A stretch of 64,000 bases of DNA from an uncultured Chloroflexia bacterium (GTDB lineage Bacteria > Chloroflexota > Anaerolineae > CG2-30-64-16), in contig CAVZDU010000002.1 in the NCBI GenBank assembly GCA_963774265.1, positions 288,001 through 352,000 on the forward strand, in the 5' to 3' direction. The position numbers and the translations under genes are program-made. The notes under the pieces are model-generated. The model did no database searches, was not told the DNA's origin, and saw only the letters and a program-made list of their open reading frames with translations. Shown one piece after another: positions 50,347 through 62,600 of the stretch (the stretch's first letter is position 1; the number at the start of each line of letters is the position of its first letter).

Positions 50347-52825
50347 ATGAAGCAACCCGGCGACGGGGCAACCACCAGCAGAAGACTCCTGCTGGGTGCT
50401 ATTCTGCTGATCGGAACGGGTCTGCGGCTGTTTCGGCTGGGCGCGGATAGCCTGTGGTATGACGAGACGGTCAGCACGTATCTCGCGGGCAGCTCCATCG
50501 CTGAGTTGATCCGGCACACTGCCGGCGATATCCACCCACCGGGCTATTATGTGCTGCTGCGCGGCTGGCTGCTCCTGACCGGGTATGGCGCGGGCCATGC
50601 TGGCCCCACGGGCAACGGACTGGAATTTGCCGCCGCATTCTTCTCGCTCTTCCTTGGCGTACTTCTGATCGCCCTCGTCTATGTTCTCGCGGCCAGGTTC
50701 GCCGGCAGCGCCGTCGCCCCGGTCGCGGCTGGCCTCATTGCCCTGAGCCCGTTCAACGTCTGGTACAGCCAGGAAGTACGGATGTACACCCTGGGCGCGG
50801 TCCTGGGCGTCGTGGTGTTGTGGGCACTGATGGGCATCGCAACGGAATCACGATCCAATCACCCCTACCTTCTCTATGTCACTGCCGCAGCCATCGGCAT
50901 GTACACGCTCTATTATTTCGTCTTCCTCCTCATTCCCGTGAATCTGTGGGTGCTCCTTGCTCTCCTTCGGCAGCGACGCCCGGTTGGGCCTTTGATCGGG
51001 GCCAACGCCTTCGCTGGCCTGCTGTGCGCGCCCTGGATTCCGAACGCATGGCGGCAAGCGACACAGCCACCCGTGCCGCCCTGGCGCAGCACCCCCGACT
51101 TGTGGGCTGCACTGCGAGAGGGCTGGACCGCCCTATCCTTGGGACAATCGACCCCTGCCTGGTTATGGCCTGCGCTCGCGCTGACGTTGGCGCTTTATGC
51201 GCTTGGAGCGCTTGCCATCGCCCGGGGAGGGAAGTGGGAGGGTCGGGCAACTGCACGGGGAATCCACATTGCGGAAGGCCTTGTCCTGGCCACCGCCGCG
51301 CCCCTCCTGCTGATCCTCGTCATCTCCTTTGTGAGCCCCCTCTATCATGTCCGCTACCTGTTCACCTACAGCCCGGCATTCTATGTCGTCCTGGCAGCCG
51401 GGCTGGTCGCGCTGGCCCGGCGTTGGCGGCCCGTCGCATGGACAGCCGGAGTCGTATGGATGGCCGCCGCAGGGGTGACACTCCGCGATCTTCTGGTTTG
51501 ACCCGCTCTATCGAGCAGATGACCACCGGGCAGCTGTACGCGAGCTGGCGGCTCGATGGCGTCCAGGCGATGTGTTGCTGGTCAACGCGGGATGGCCATA
51601 CACGGCAATCTCAACATACTGGAATGGGATCATCGGCGGAAGGTATCGGATCACCGGTGCGCTGCCAGAGGCACGCGAAGACGATGCGCTGGTCATGGTG
51701 ACCAGCGGTCACACGGACGGCGACGCGAATCTCGGGTGGGGGGATTCGCGCTCGGATTTCTTCGCCATGCCGAGCCAGGTCGCCAAGGAGCAGGTGGCGG
51801 ATCTATTCACCCGCTTCCCGCGCGTGTGGCAATATCGCATCTACGACACGGTCAACGACCCGAACGGCCTGCTGCGCGATTTGCTGCTGCGGAACGGTCA
51901 ACTCGTGGATGAACGATCCTATGCGGGCGAAGCATTCCTGCGCGTCCAGGCATACGCGCCTCGGGACGGCGCCCCCTGGTCCCCTGGGGCGCCCGGCGCC
52001 AGCTATCCTGGTGGATTGGAGGTACGCTGGGAGGGTCTGCCGGCCAAAGTTGCCTCAGGAGAAACGATCTACGCGGCCGTCACCTGGCGATCGTCCGAGA
52101 CACAGAGCAGCGCGCTCGGCGCCTCACTGCGCCTGGTGGGAGAGGACGGCCAAACCTGGGCGCAGCCGCCAGATGAGCAGCCGCTCGGTCCCCTGTTCGT
52201 TTCCACTCAGTGGCCTGCGGGCATGGCACAGCGGCAAGCCGTTGCGTTGCAGGCGCCCGAGGGGGCACCACCAGGCGAGTACGCGGTCGTCCTGGTTGCC
52301 TATTCGACCGACACCGGCCAGCCGCTGAGCCCGGCGCCCGTCAACGGCGCGAACGAAGCACCCCCCGGCATGATTTTGGGCCGCGTAGCGGTGGAGCGAC
52401 CCTTGCCAGCGCCCGCTGCGCGCGCCGCCGTGGCCCAATTCGGACCCCTGGCGCTCATCGAAGCCCAAACGCCCGTAACGACTCTCTCTCCCGGGGACGC
52501 CATCCCGGTCGAGTTGCTCTGGCAGGCGCGGACCGCACCCAACGAGCCACTGGTCATCGTGATCCAATTGTTGGATGGGGCGGGCAGCGTCGTCGCCGGT
52601 ACGGAGGAACAGCCACTCAACGGCGGCTACGGGACTCAAGCCTGGGAGGCGGGAGAGTTGGTGCGTGACCGGCACACCCTGGGGATCCCGCGGGCGCTGT
52701 CCGCCGGGACCTATCGTCTTGTGGTCGGTGTGTACCGTGCAGCCGATGGAACCCGCTTCACGAACCGTCGCGGACCCTCGGCAGACAGCCTTTCCTGGGA
52801 AATGAAGCGCATCGAAGTCCGGTAG
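50347..52825 (+). CDS. GT-C fold (GT39/PMT-like) membrane glycosyltransferase with C-terminal extracellular domains; frameshift near 51490
   Basis: LWYDE, DIHPPGYY, SQEVRMY, RYL, and repeated W...E.V.D.H.L.IP.....G.Y.L.VG.Y domains. Confidence 0.85.
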
Positions 52826-52828
52826 GGC

Positions 52829-52859
52829 AAAACGAAAAGGGCGACCTTTCGGCCGCCCT
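52829..52859 (-). terminator. Intrinsic terminator downstream of SRP RNA
   Basis: Minus strand AGGGCGGCC-GAAA-GGTCGCCCT-TTTCGTTTT. Confidence 0.8.
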
Positions 52860-52872
52860 CATCATGATACCT

Positions 52873-53140
52873 GGTCGTGCACCCGCTTCGAACCTCGTCA
52901 CTCGGCTTGCACAAGTCCGGCTTGCTCAGGCCAGGCGACCCCGTGGCACCCGAGAAGTGACCGCTTAGGGCTGCTACCTTCCGGTCCTGACCCGGTTCAC
53001 AGGCTCCCGCCGCACAGGACCCAACCATCAACGCTCACCGGCAGGCAGTCCCGCTGACCGCAGACCCTCGAGAGGGAATTCAACCCCGCTGTAGCGGATT
53101 GCGGGTACAGGGCACCGCTAGCTCCCCGTCTAGCACGACC
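52873..53140 (-). ncRNA. ffs: Signal recognition particle RNA, large (Alu-domain) bacterial form
   Basis: 5' Alu-like GTGCTAGACGGGGAGCTAGCGGTGCCCTGTACC, helix-8 motif GTCAGGACCGGAAGGTAGCAGC, and complementary ends GGTCGTGC/GCACGACC. Confidence 0.93.
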
Positions 53141-53147
53141 ATGCACG

Positions 53148-53176
53148 ATTATAGCCCAGAAGCAGGGGGGTGTCAA
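53148..53176 (-). promoter_or_regulatory. Consensus sigma70 promoter of SRP RNA
   Basis: TTGACA-N17-TATAAT on the minus strand. Confidence 0.85.
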
Positions 53177-53217
53177 AGAAAGCCGGAGACGACCGGGAAT
53201 TCCGATGCCCGCCCGCC

Positions 53218-54121
53218 TCACCCGGCCGCTGTCCTCCTTGCGCTTAGCAAACCCCTCGACCAGGTTTGTAAACTCCATCGGGAAGATGAACTTGGTCGCA
53301 GGACCGGCGCCCAAAACTTTCAGCGCGTCCAGGTACTGCAGTTGCATGGTCTTCTGGTCGACGGTGTGCGCAGCTTCGTAGATCTTGGTCAGGGCCATGC
53401 TATAGCCGTCGGCATTGAGAATGGCGGCCTGTCGCGCGCCCTCAGCGGTCAGGATTGCAGCCTGCCGGGAACCTTCAGCCCGCAGGATGTCGGACTGTTT
53501 GGCGCCCTCGGCCACCTTGATAGAGGCCTCACGCTTGCCGTCGGCCTCGAGGACCACTGCACGACGCTCGCGTTCCGCAGCCATCTGGCGGTTCATCGCC
53601 GTCTGGATCTCGCGCGGCGGGACGATCTCGCGGATCTCCACGCCCGTCACCTTGACGCCCCAGCGTTCAGTGACCTCGTCCAGCTTTGTGCGCAACACCT
53701 GGTTGATCTGCTCGCGCTTCGCCAACACGTCGTCCAGGGGGATGTCACCGATCACCGCGCGCAGCGTGGTGGTCGCAATACCCTGCGAGGCGCCAGCGAA
53801 ATCACGGACCTTCAACACCGACAGCCCTGGATCGACGACCTTCCAGTAGATCAGAAAATCGATGTCGATCGGCGCGTTGTCCTGGGTGATGCACGTCTGC
53901 GAGGGGATTTCCAGGAAATCCTCACGCAGGTTGACCCTGCTGGCCTGGTCGATGATCGGCCAAAGCCACACCAGGCCGGGGCCACGAGTGCCCGCGAACC
54001 GCCCCAACCGGAACAACACCAGGCGCTCGTAATCCCTCACTACACGAATCGGGCGGAAAATCAACAGAAAGAACAGAAACAGAATCAGCAGAATCAGGAT
54101 GACCAGTGCAGCCTCAGCCAT
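53218..54121 (-). CDS. SPFH/stomatin-family protein (true stop probably near 53218)
   Basis: ER.V.FRLG, TTLRAVIG, WGVKVT.VEI and MAAERERRA. The raw ORF reads through into the SRP RNA, probably because of an indel. Confidence 0.88.
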
Positions 54122-54124
54122 GAG

Positions 54125-54883
54125 TTAGCTCCTTTCGAATTGATCGATGACCCGCTCCACGCGGAGCCGCAAACCGTCAACGCCAACCACACGAATGTGC
54201 GTCCCGGCCGGGATGTCCTCGCCGGTGGCGTTCTCAGCAGTCCATTCCTCGCCCTCAATCCTAACGATGCCGTCGGGGTTCAGCGGTTGGCGCGCGATGC
54301 CGGTCTTGCCGATCAGCGTCTCCTTCCCCATCGCCAACGGACGGAATTGCGCACGGAAGGCAGCCGCGATGCCCAAAATGAAGAACCCGCCCACGCCCAG
54401 GGTCGTCCCCACCATCAGCCAGGGGTTAAGCTGAGCGACGGGAGCGGCGACGGTCGGTGGCTCAGCCCACGGCGGCGTGAAGATCAACATCGAGCCGATG
54501 AGAAACGCGATCACCCCGCCGACGCTGAGCGCGATGCCGGTGACCTTGATGTCGATCAGCATCATGGCGACGCCGGCAATGATCAATACCGGGCCCAGCC
54601 AGTTCGTCGGCAGTTGCAGCAGGCCATACAGCGACAGCAGCAACATGATGACGCCGGCCACCCCAGGGATCACCGCACCGGGGGTGGCAAACTCAGCGAT
54701 CAACGCCAGGAGGCCCAGCACGAGAAGCAGATAGGTCACATTGGGATTCGCCAGGAACGCCAGGAAGCGGTCCACAAACGCGACGCCGGTCGGATCCTCG
54801 ATAAATGGCCCCGCACAGCCGGACAGCAGGCTCAACGACAGCAACGCCACGGAACCTACAGATAAGCGGCAACGCTTCAGCAT
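54125..54883 (-). CDS. NfeD family membrane protein
   Basis: NPNV.YLL, E..TPG..IPG..G and a C-terminal OB domain (L.GK.G.A...L.P.G.V.I.GEEW.A). Adjacent to stomatin. Confidence 0.88.
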   Translation of the reverse strand: MLKRCRLSVGSVALLSLSLLSGCAGPFIEDPTGVAFVDRFLAFLANPNVTYLLLVLGLLALIAEFATPGAVIPGVAGVIMLLLSLYGLLQLPTNWLGPVLIIAGVAMMLIDIKVTGIALSVGGVIAFLIGSMLIFTPPWAEPPTVAAPVAQLNPWLMVGTTLGVGGFFILGIAAAFRAQFRPLAMGKETLIGKTGIARQPLNPDGIVRIEGEEWTAENATGEDIPAGTHIRVVGVDGLRLRVERVIDQFERS

Positions 54884-55086
54884 CGTCGCCTCCTTTCACC
54901 ACGTCTATTCACAGTATACCCGAACTCAATCGTTCGTGCTTGTCGAAAGGCTGATATGAAGCTGACAAGTGCGGACATAGGACTGGAGATCATCATCCCC
55001 GGGCAGCGGATCGTGCTTGAGGCGAACGGGCTGGCTTACGAGTGTCCCGCGAGGCAAAGCGGCGTCATGCTCTGCAGTCCGCAGCG

Positions 55087-58000
55087 TTAGCGCTTGATCA
55101 TCGGCAAGTAGATCGTTGGCTTCGGAGCCGAGTTATCCAAGCGCACCGGGATGGACAGGGCGCCTGGCGCGCCGGACGGGCCTGCCAGGATCAGGCCGAA
55201 TGTCTCCCCGCCGTCAGCCAGTGGCTCATCCAGCACCCAATTCACTTTGAAGTTGATCGGGGTGTTGGGGGGAAATGGGCCGGTCGGCAGATTGGTAGCC
55301 GTCAGGCCGTAGCCCTGGACAGCAGTGATTGTGATGTCGAAGTTCTCGCCCACCGCGACACCCCAACCGTGCACGGCCGCCAGGTAATTCCCGTCGGCCG
55401 GGAAGGTGAGCTTTACATTCTCATTGGCGGTGCTGGTGGCGGATTTACCGACCACCTCAGTGTCGAAATCAAAGACCGCATCATCATTGGCGTCGTAGAG
55501 CACGAACAAGTCGAGATCACCATCGTCCGCAGTCGTCGAAACCTCCAGCGATGCGCCATTCTTGATGGTGATCGGGAACGTGTAGGTCGCAGTGCTGGGA
55601 TCGTCCGGGTCGTCCTGAACCTGTGGGAACGTCTGCGTCTCGGGTGCGCCGAAGCCGAAGGCCGAAGCCTCCAGGCCGGCCAGCGCCAACGAAGACTTGA
55701 CGGTCATCGGGAAGCTGCCTGAAATAGCGTCACCCACGGAGATGTCGACCGGGTTCGGTGTGGCCGAGATGGTGCCCACCTGGCCGGTAAAGTTCTCCTC
55801 CGCCCTGGCCCCGTCGAACATGACGTTGTGCAGTGCAATCAGGTTAAGGCCTGGGATCACCGGCGCGGCTACGATCTCGCGGGGGCCGCCGGTGGCAGTT
55901 TGGTAGGTCCAAACGCCCTTGCTCGGGTTCAACCGCGGGCTGCCGCCCACATGGGCGAGGCTGTAAGGACCGTAGACATCCTCGGCGCCGGAGAAGGTCG
56001 GGATTTGGGAGGGGAGGTCGCAGGCGACGTCGTTGCTGAAACAGTCGTCGGTGGGACCCATCACCACCGTGTCAATGTCGGTGTTGGCGCCAGTCCAGCG
56101 CGTATCGATCAGCAGGTTGGCGCCCGCCGGCATGCTGTCCGGCACATCCATGAAGTAGAAGCGCCAGTCGCCTGCCTCAGCGCGCCAGTCCCAGTCGAAG
56201 TAGCCGTAGACCTGGCCGTTGTCGTAGGGTGTCGCGGTCTGCGATGCACCGCCGAAGACGAAGTCGGTGCCGGAGGCCGCCACGTTGGCCACCACCGGCA
56301 TGTTGGTCTCGTTCGTGCCGTCGTTCAGGCGCAGGGTCGCTTCATATAGGCCGATGCTGGTCAGCGCAGGCACGACCATGGTTGCTTCGAAAGTGGCCGA
56401 GCCGCCGGCGGGCACCGTGACGGAAGCCGGTGCGGTCAGCCAGGGGAAATCCACAGCCTTGTAGAAGTTGAGCTGCAGCTTCAGGTGCGTGACCGGCACC
56501 GTAGTCGACCGCGAGCGATGACTGATGCCGACGAAAATGCCGTCGTGCATGCGCTCCAGCGGCAGCTTGACGCGCTGCTGCGAGGAGGTTCCGCGGTCGT
56601 AGCCGTAGCCGAACCGCATGTGCTCGCCTTGCTGGATTTCACAAGCGGCGTCCCCGAAGTTGGGGGAACCGCCGACAATCGGGCAGTTGATCGCGCCGTT
56701 GCCGTTCTTATCCGCGTAGAGCACGCCGTCGAGGTTGATATCGGTCCAATCCATGGGCACCACGCGCCAACTCGAGTTGGCCTTGTAATTGCCGTCCGGG
56801 TCAAACTCAGCAAACGGCTGCGCCAGCCTGGCTTCCATCAGTACAGTGCCGACCGGAATGAAGGACTCGACGTCAATCAGGTAGTCCGGCACATAGAAAT
56901 CGGCCGTCTCCAAGCTCTGGTCGACGGTGGTGACGTCAATCTCCTTCTGACCGATCCGCACCAGTTGGTCGTCTCTAATGGCCACCGTCGCAGCGGCCGC
57001 ACCTGGGTTATGGATCGTGAACTCCTGTGTCGCGGTCTGGCCCGGGTGCATGATGCTGGTGAACGCATCATACTTGACGCCGCGGAAGTCGCCGAAGGTG
57101 ACGCTGTCAGGCGTGACGTACACGCCGCTCAAGCCGGCTGCGATCTTCACGGAACGCTCCGCGTTGATCGTGCCCGCGCCTTCGGCGAAGCCGTCGTTGT
57201 GCGCGTTATCCCCGCCGGCCATCAGCAAGGCCCGCGCCTCGACGTTGGTCGGCCAGACGCCATTCGCTTCCTTGAACGCCCCCATCACCAACGCCATGTT
57301 ACCCGCGGCCACGGGGGTCGAGCGGCTCGTGCCGCCCCAGCTCTCCCAGGCATGCCAACCATCCACAGCCTTTCCAAATGCCTCGTTCAAGGGGATGTCA
57401 CCGGCACCCCAGCCGCCGTTAGCCAGCACTGACACGCCATTCTCGCCCTGGGCCGACGGGCCGCGATCCGAAAAGCCCATCAGGTCGTTGTACTGGAGCT
57501 GATTCCGGGTCGTGATGCTGTCGAAGCTGGAGCCGGTGGAGTCATACAACGTGGACGCGCCCACCGAGATGCCTAAGTTGGCGCCCGGGGAGTTGTTGGT
57601 GCCGTAGCCAGACCCGCCGTTGCCGGTGGAGTTCATCTCAACCAGATGCGGATTGAGGACGCGCTGGATCAGATCGAACAGGCGGGATTGATAATCCCAG
57701 CCGTCGTTGACGGTGCTGCTATTCCCCCAGGAGTTGCTGACGATCTGAATATCGTCCTCGGTGCCCGGCTCGCCGTCGTAGCCCAACGCAGCGAAGAGCA
57801 AAGCGTCGTTGCTCGCATTAGCGGCGGTGTAAAAGTCGCCATTGGAGGTGAGCTGGACGTCCTTGCCGCCACCCTGCACCATTCCGGTACCCGGCGTGCC
57901 GTCACCCGGCGCCTTGAAGGCCGGCGCGTCGCCGTCGATGACACCCTGCGCAGCGACGCCCGAAGCGCACAGCGTGCCGTGGTCGCCGCTCTCCACGTAG

Positions 58001-59280
58001 TCATCGATCGAGAAGGCCACCAGGTCGCCCGGCCCGGCTACATCCGGGCCGATGCGCCACATCCAGTCGGATGCCGGCAGCGAGTTCACGCCGTCGCTGA
58101 TCCAGTAGATGATGCCGCCGGACAGGTCGGCTACACCATCGTCGTTCAGGTCAGAGAACACATACTCGTCGCCCTTGACCGCCTTCTTCTCGTTGGTGAA
58201 GTCGTAGTCGTCGTCCAGGTCGACGTAGACGGTGTCATACACGCCAGCCGCATTCTCGTCCACCACCAGCACGGCTGCACGCTCATCGAACGCATTCTGC
58301 AAGGTGGTGTCGGGGTGCGAGCCGAAGTGATACACGCCGCTCTTGCTCGTGGCCACGAAAGTGTAGACATGGCCACCAGGGTCGGTGCTGCCCACCGGCG
58401 CGAACACCGCGCTCACCTTACCGCCGCCCAAGTCGGTCAGCTCCGCGCCAGAGCGGGTAGTGCTCGTGTCAGCATAGTCGGGCGCGTGGCCGAAGATGCC
58501 CACGCCGCTGGCCACATAGTCGGTGTCCAGCCAATAGTCATAGGCCAGGTTGAGCATCGAGAAGGAGTCGAACATCTCAGGCCAACCGTAGTAGGGCGAT
58601 GTGGCATCGGTGATCCTCGCGATTGTACCCTGCAGATCCGGGTGGGAGAAGTCGGAGCCAGTGTCGTTGACCATGACCTTGACGCCCTGGCCGGTGTAGC
58701 CCAGGTCCCAGGCTGCCTTGGACTTGTGGACGTCAAGAACGTCGAACCAGTCGGCGATACCATCCGGACCGGCCGACGCCTTGGCGGCAAGCTGACCGGC
58801 CTGGGACCTCAGCGCTGCGATACGCTCACGAGCTGCTGACAGATCAGCGACGCCCGCCAGGTGCCTGGGACCTATATCCGGAATCGCCGGCTTATCGCCG
58901 CTGTAACGCAGATCCTGGATCGCCGCTACACCGGGCAGGGAGGCCAGCTTGCTCACCTGGGCCGCTTTCACGCGACCGAAGTAGGCCTGTGTGCCGTTGG
59001 GCAACACGTAGCTCTGCACCAGCAGGTTGGACATGTAGCGGCTGAGGTCGGTACCCTGCCTGGCATATACGATGATGTCGAGCACATCGCTGGGCGCGGC
59101 AGCCGTTACGCCTGCCTGGAGTTTGAGATGAATCTTGCCGGCGGTGCTGTCGCCAGCGGTGGTGACATCACCCTGGGGCGCACCGGCAGCAGGCGCTGCG
59201 CGCGAGGGCACGAGAAACAGAGGCACTGCCAGGATGAGGATCAACAGGAACGCCAAAAGCCCAGGTGTTCTTGCACGCAC
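55087..59280 (-). CDS. Secreted S8 (subtilase) serine peptidase, 1397 aa, with C-terminal IYLPMIKR motif
   Basis: Signal peptide; catalytic VNDTG / HGTLCA / GGTSRSTP; PPC-like DLDLFV domain. Confidence 0.9.
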   Translation of the reverse strand: MRARTPGLLAFLLILILAVPLFLVPSRAAPAAGAPQGDVTTAGDSTAGKIHLKLQAGVTAAAPSDVLDIIVYARQGTDLSRYMSNLLVQSYVLPNGTQAYFGRVKAAQVSKLASLPGVAAIQDLRYSGDKPAIPDIGPRHLAGVADLSAARERIAALRSQAGQLAAKASAGPDGIADWFDVLDVHKSKAAWDLGYTGQGVKVMVNDTGSDFSHPDLQGTIARITDATSPYYGWPEMFDSFSMLNLAYDYWLDTDYVASGVGIFGHAPDYADTSTTRSGAELTDLGGGKVSAVFAPVGSTDPGGHVYTFVATSKSGVYHFGSHPDTTLQNAFDERAAVLVVDENAAGVYDTVYVDLDDDYDFTNEKKAVKGDEYVFSDLNDDGVADLSGGIIYWISDGVNSLPASDWMWRIGPDVAGPGDLVAFSIDDYVESGDHGTLCASGVAAQGVIDGDAPAFKAPGDGTPGTGMVQGGGKDVQLTSNGDFYTAANASNDALLFAALGYDGEPGTEDDIQIVSNSWGNSSTVNDGWDYQSRLFDLIQRVLNPHLVEMNSTGNGGSGYGTNNSPGANLGISVGASTLYDSTGSSFDSITTRNQLQYNDLMGFSDRGPSAQGENGVSVLANGGWGAGDIPLNEAFGKAVDGWHAWESWGGTSRSTPVAAGNMALVMGAFKEANGVWPTNVEARALLMAGGDNAHNDGFAEGAGTINAERSVKIAAGLSGVYVTPDSVTFGDFRGVKYDAFTSIMHPGQTATQEFTIHNPGAAAATVAIRDDQLVRIGQKEIDVTTVDQSLETADFYVPDYLIDVESFIPVGTVLMEARLAQPFAEFDPDGNYKANSSWRVVPMDWTDINLDGVLYADKNGNGAINCPIVGGSPNFGDAACEIQQGEHMRFGYGYDRGTSSQQRVKLPLERMHDGIFVGISHRSRSTTVPVTHLKLQLNFYKAVDFPWLTAPASVTVPAGGSATFEATMVVPALTSIGLYEATLRLNDGTNETNMPVVANVAASGTDFVFGGASQTATPYDNGQVYGYFDWDWRAEAGDWRFYFMDVPDSMPAGANLLIDTRWTGANTDIDTVVMGPTDDCFSNDVACDLPSQIPTFSGAEDVYGPYSLAHVGGSPRLNPSKGVWTYQTATGGPREIVAAPVIPGLNLIALHNVMFDGARAEENFTGQVGTISATPNPVDISVGDAISGSFPMTVKSSLALAGLEASAFGFGAPETQTFPQVQDDPDDPSTATYTFPITIKNGASLEVSTTADDGDLDLFVLYDANDDAVFDFDTEVVGKSATSTANENVKLTFPADGNYLAAVHGWGVAVGENFDITITAVQGYGLTATNLPTGPFPPNTPINFKVNWVLDEPLADGGETFGLILAGPSGAPGALSIPVRLDNSAPKPTIYLPMIKR

Positions 59281-59390
59281 AGCACCCTTCTCCTTTTCTG
59301 AACTGATGGACCGTACGGGGGAAATGGGCGCGGGCCCAACTCAAGGCGGAGCGCCAATTGCCGGCATGCACCCCGCGCCACGATTGCGCT

Positions 59391-59459
59391 ATTATAGGCT
59401 TCACAGGCGCCTCGGTCAATCGAAACTCAGTTGACATCAAGGAACGGGCCATCTATAAT
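59391..59459. promoter_or_regulatory. Back-to-back divergent sigma70 promoters
   Basis: Minus: TTGACC-N17-TATAAT (59419-59391). Plus: TTGACA-N17-TATAAT (59431-59459). Confidence 0.8.
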
Positions 59460-59608
59460 CCGTTTTGGCGCCGTGCACCCAGGCATGCCATGGTCGAACA
59501 CCAGATTGCAAGGAGGTGTCCATCCCCGTTCACCCAAGCCCTTTCCGCATCCGACGATCTATGTCCCAGACGAGTGTTGCTGAACGCAGAGAAAGGAACA
59601 ACTGTCAA

Positions 59609-62600
59609 ATGAGCCGAGGATTCTCGTTCTTTCTGGTCGTGGTCCTGGTGGCCGGCCTGCTGTTGCCGGCTGTCGTCAGCGCTGAGAACGTCGTAACCGA
59701 TGGTCCGAGGGCTACAGAAGCCCGCTATTCGCATCGACTGATCGTCGAACTCACTTCGCCGCCTTTGGCGCAAGTCTCGGGCGAAACGGAATTGTTAGGC
59801 AGCGGCGGCAAGCTCGACGTGACTTCTGCGGCGTCACAGGCATACGTGCAGAAGCTGCAGGCTGAGCAATCGAAGTTCGTCGCTTCCATGCAGGCAGCGG
59901 TTCCAAACGCCAGAGTCGCTACGTATACCAACGAAAGTGGCAGGGCCGTTCCGGCCACCTACCAGATCCTGCTGAATGCAGTGGCGGTGGATGCCGGACG
60001 CAATGTGGACGTTGACGCGCTGGCGAAGCAGCTGCAGCGATTGCCCAACGTGAAACGGGTTTCGAAGGACTATGCGCACGATCCCGATCTTTACGCCAGC
60101 TTGCCCCTGATCAATGCAGAGGCGGCCTGGAACAACGTCGCAATCGGCGGCAAGAGTAATGCCGGTGCGGGCGTCAAGTTCGCCTCGATGGATGGGGGTG
60201 TGCATCATCTCTCGCCCATGTTCGATGGCACGGGCTACACCTACCCGGCCGGTTTCCCCAAGGGTGACACCAGCAACACCAACGGCAAGATCATCCTCAG
60301 CCGCGCGTATTTCCGCACCTGGGACCCGCCGACGGCGGGCGATGCGAATCCCTGGCCGGGCGCGAATACGGGCGGCGGCACGCAGCACGGCACGCATACC
60401 GCCTCCACAGTGGCCGGCGGCGAGGTGCAGGCCTCCTTTGCCGGTGCTGAGCCCGTCACCATTAGCGGCGTGGCCCCCAAGGCCTACGTGATGAGCTACC
60501 GGGTATTCTACGACAGCATCACGCACGACGGCTCCTTCTACAACGTGGAAGGCATCAAGGCGCTGGAAGATATCGTCAAAGACGGCGCTGACGTGCTGAA
60601 CAACTCCTGGGGCGGCGGACCGACCAGTACGGGTGGTGCAGTATGATGCCCTGGACACGGCGCTCCGCAACGCCGTGGCAGCCGGCATCTTCGTCAGCAT
60701 GTCGACAGGCAACGCAGGCCCGAACACGGGCACTGCCGACCATCCGTCGGCCGACTACATCAACGTAGCAGCCAGCAGCACCGATGGCACCTATGCCTCG
60801 GGCACGTTCAGCGTCACTGCACCTGAGCCAGTGCCCACGAGCTCTGGTAGATATGAGCTTCTCGGCGGCGAGTTTCGGCGCGTCGCTCCAGGCCGGCCAG
60901 GTCTACGGCCCATATTCGTTCGTGCCTGCGGCCGCTGTAGATGCCGCCAACAACCTCGGATGCAATCCGTTCGCTGCGGGTGCGTTCGCCGGCAAGATGG
61001 TGTTGATCCAACGCGGCACCTGCGAGTTCGGCGTGAAGGTCCTGAACGCTGAAAATGCCGGCGCGACGCTTCGTGGTGGTCTACAACAACGCTGCCGGCG
61101 GTGATGGCCTGATCAACATGGGCCCCGGAGCCGTCGGCGGACAGGTGACCATCTCCTCGATCTTCATCGGCTTGACCAACGGACAGGCGATGGTCGACTG
61201 GTACACCGCAAACGGCAGCGCGGCGCAGGCGGCGCTGAACACCGTTGCTTACCAGGCCGGCAATACGCCGGACGTCATCGCCAGCTTCTGCAGCCGCGGC
61301 CCTGGCGTGGGCAACGTGCTGAAGCCCGACATCACGGCGCCCGGCGTCAACATCCTGGCCCAGGGCTACGATCCCACCGACACCGGTGAGGCGGGCAACT
61401 TCGGCTATGGCCAGGTCTCCGGCACCTCCATGGCGGCCCCGCACGTCACCGGCGCGGCTGCGCTGATCAAGCAGATTCACCCTGATTGGTCCCCTGCGTG
61501 GATCAAGTCCGCGCTGATGAGCACCTCGAAGTACCTGGATATCGTACACTCACACCGGTGCGCCAGCCCAACCGCTGGACATGGGCGCGGGCCGCCTGGA
61601 CCTGACCAACGCGGCCAACCCCGGCGTCATCCTCGACCCGCCCAGCCTCAGCTTCGGGCTGGTCGAAATGGGCGAGACTAAGTCGCTGGATGTCACGATC
61701 ACCAGCGTGGCCAGCGCGACCGAGACTTACGCGGTGAGCACACTCTACACCGGCGCGGGCTTCGACGCACTGGACACGGTTGACGGCATGTCGGTCAGCC
61801 CGGCCAACATCATCCTGGCTCCCGGCCAAACCGCCAAAATGACAGTCACCTGGAACAGCGCCGCGAGCCTTGATGGCGAAGGCGACAACCAGGGCTTCGT
61901 GGTGCTGGACGGCGCCACACATGATGCGCACATGCCGGCCTGGATGCGCGTGACGTACGCGCCCGAGCCGACCATCTTCGAGGCAAACCTGCCGCTGGCA
62001 CCGGGCAAGGACTTCACCGTGGTGGCCGTGGGCGAGCTGGCCAGTTTTGAGCCGCTGGTGCTGGACGACACAGCGCTGAATGCGGCGCCGGAAGCCGGTC
62101 ATGCCAAGGTGCGCTTCGTGCACGCGTCGCCTGACGCGCCGGCTGTCGATATCGCCGCTGAAGGGCGGCGCGGTGCTCTTCCCGAACGTCGCGTTCAAGG
62201 GCTACCTGGAGGGCGCCGTTCTCGCCGGCACTTACGAGCTCGAGGCCCGCCTCGCAGGCACGACCACGGTTGCGTTGGCCCTGCCGCCACTCACCCTGGA
62301 GGCAGGCAAGATCTACGACGTGTTCGCCGTGGGCAAGGTGGCAGGCGAGGATGATCAGGCGCTGACCACGGTGGTGTTCACGGATGACCCGTCGGCGCCG
62401 CCGGCAGGCAAGGCGCGCGTGCGGGTGATGCACGCGGTGCCGGATGCACCGGCAATGTCGATCTTCGTCAACGACGCACTGGCTTTCTTCGGCATCAGCT
62501 ACAAGGAGCGGAGCGCCGTATGCGACGCTGGATCCCGGCATTTACAACGTCAAGGTCAAACCTGCGTTGGGCGACGTCCTGATCATTGACAACGACGGTT

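Noticed and set aside
52997-53217. C-terminal extension of the stomatin ORF
   Set aside because: It overlaps the SRP RNA and its promoter; most likely read-through from an indel near 53220.
53099-54865. Long antisense ORFs (e.g. 588 aa here, 593 aa at 15983-17764, 465 aa at 4302-5699)
   Set aside because: Shadow ORFs opposite real GC-rich genes, with no domain motifs.
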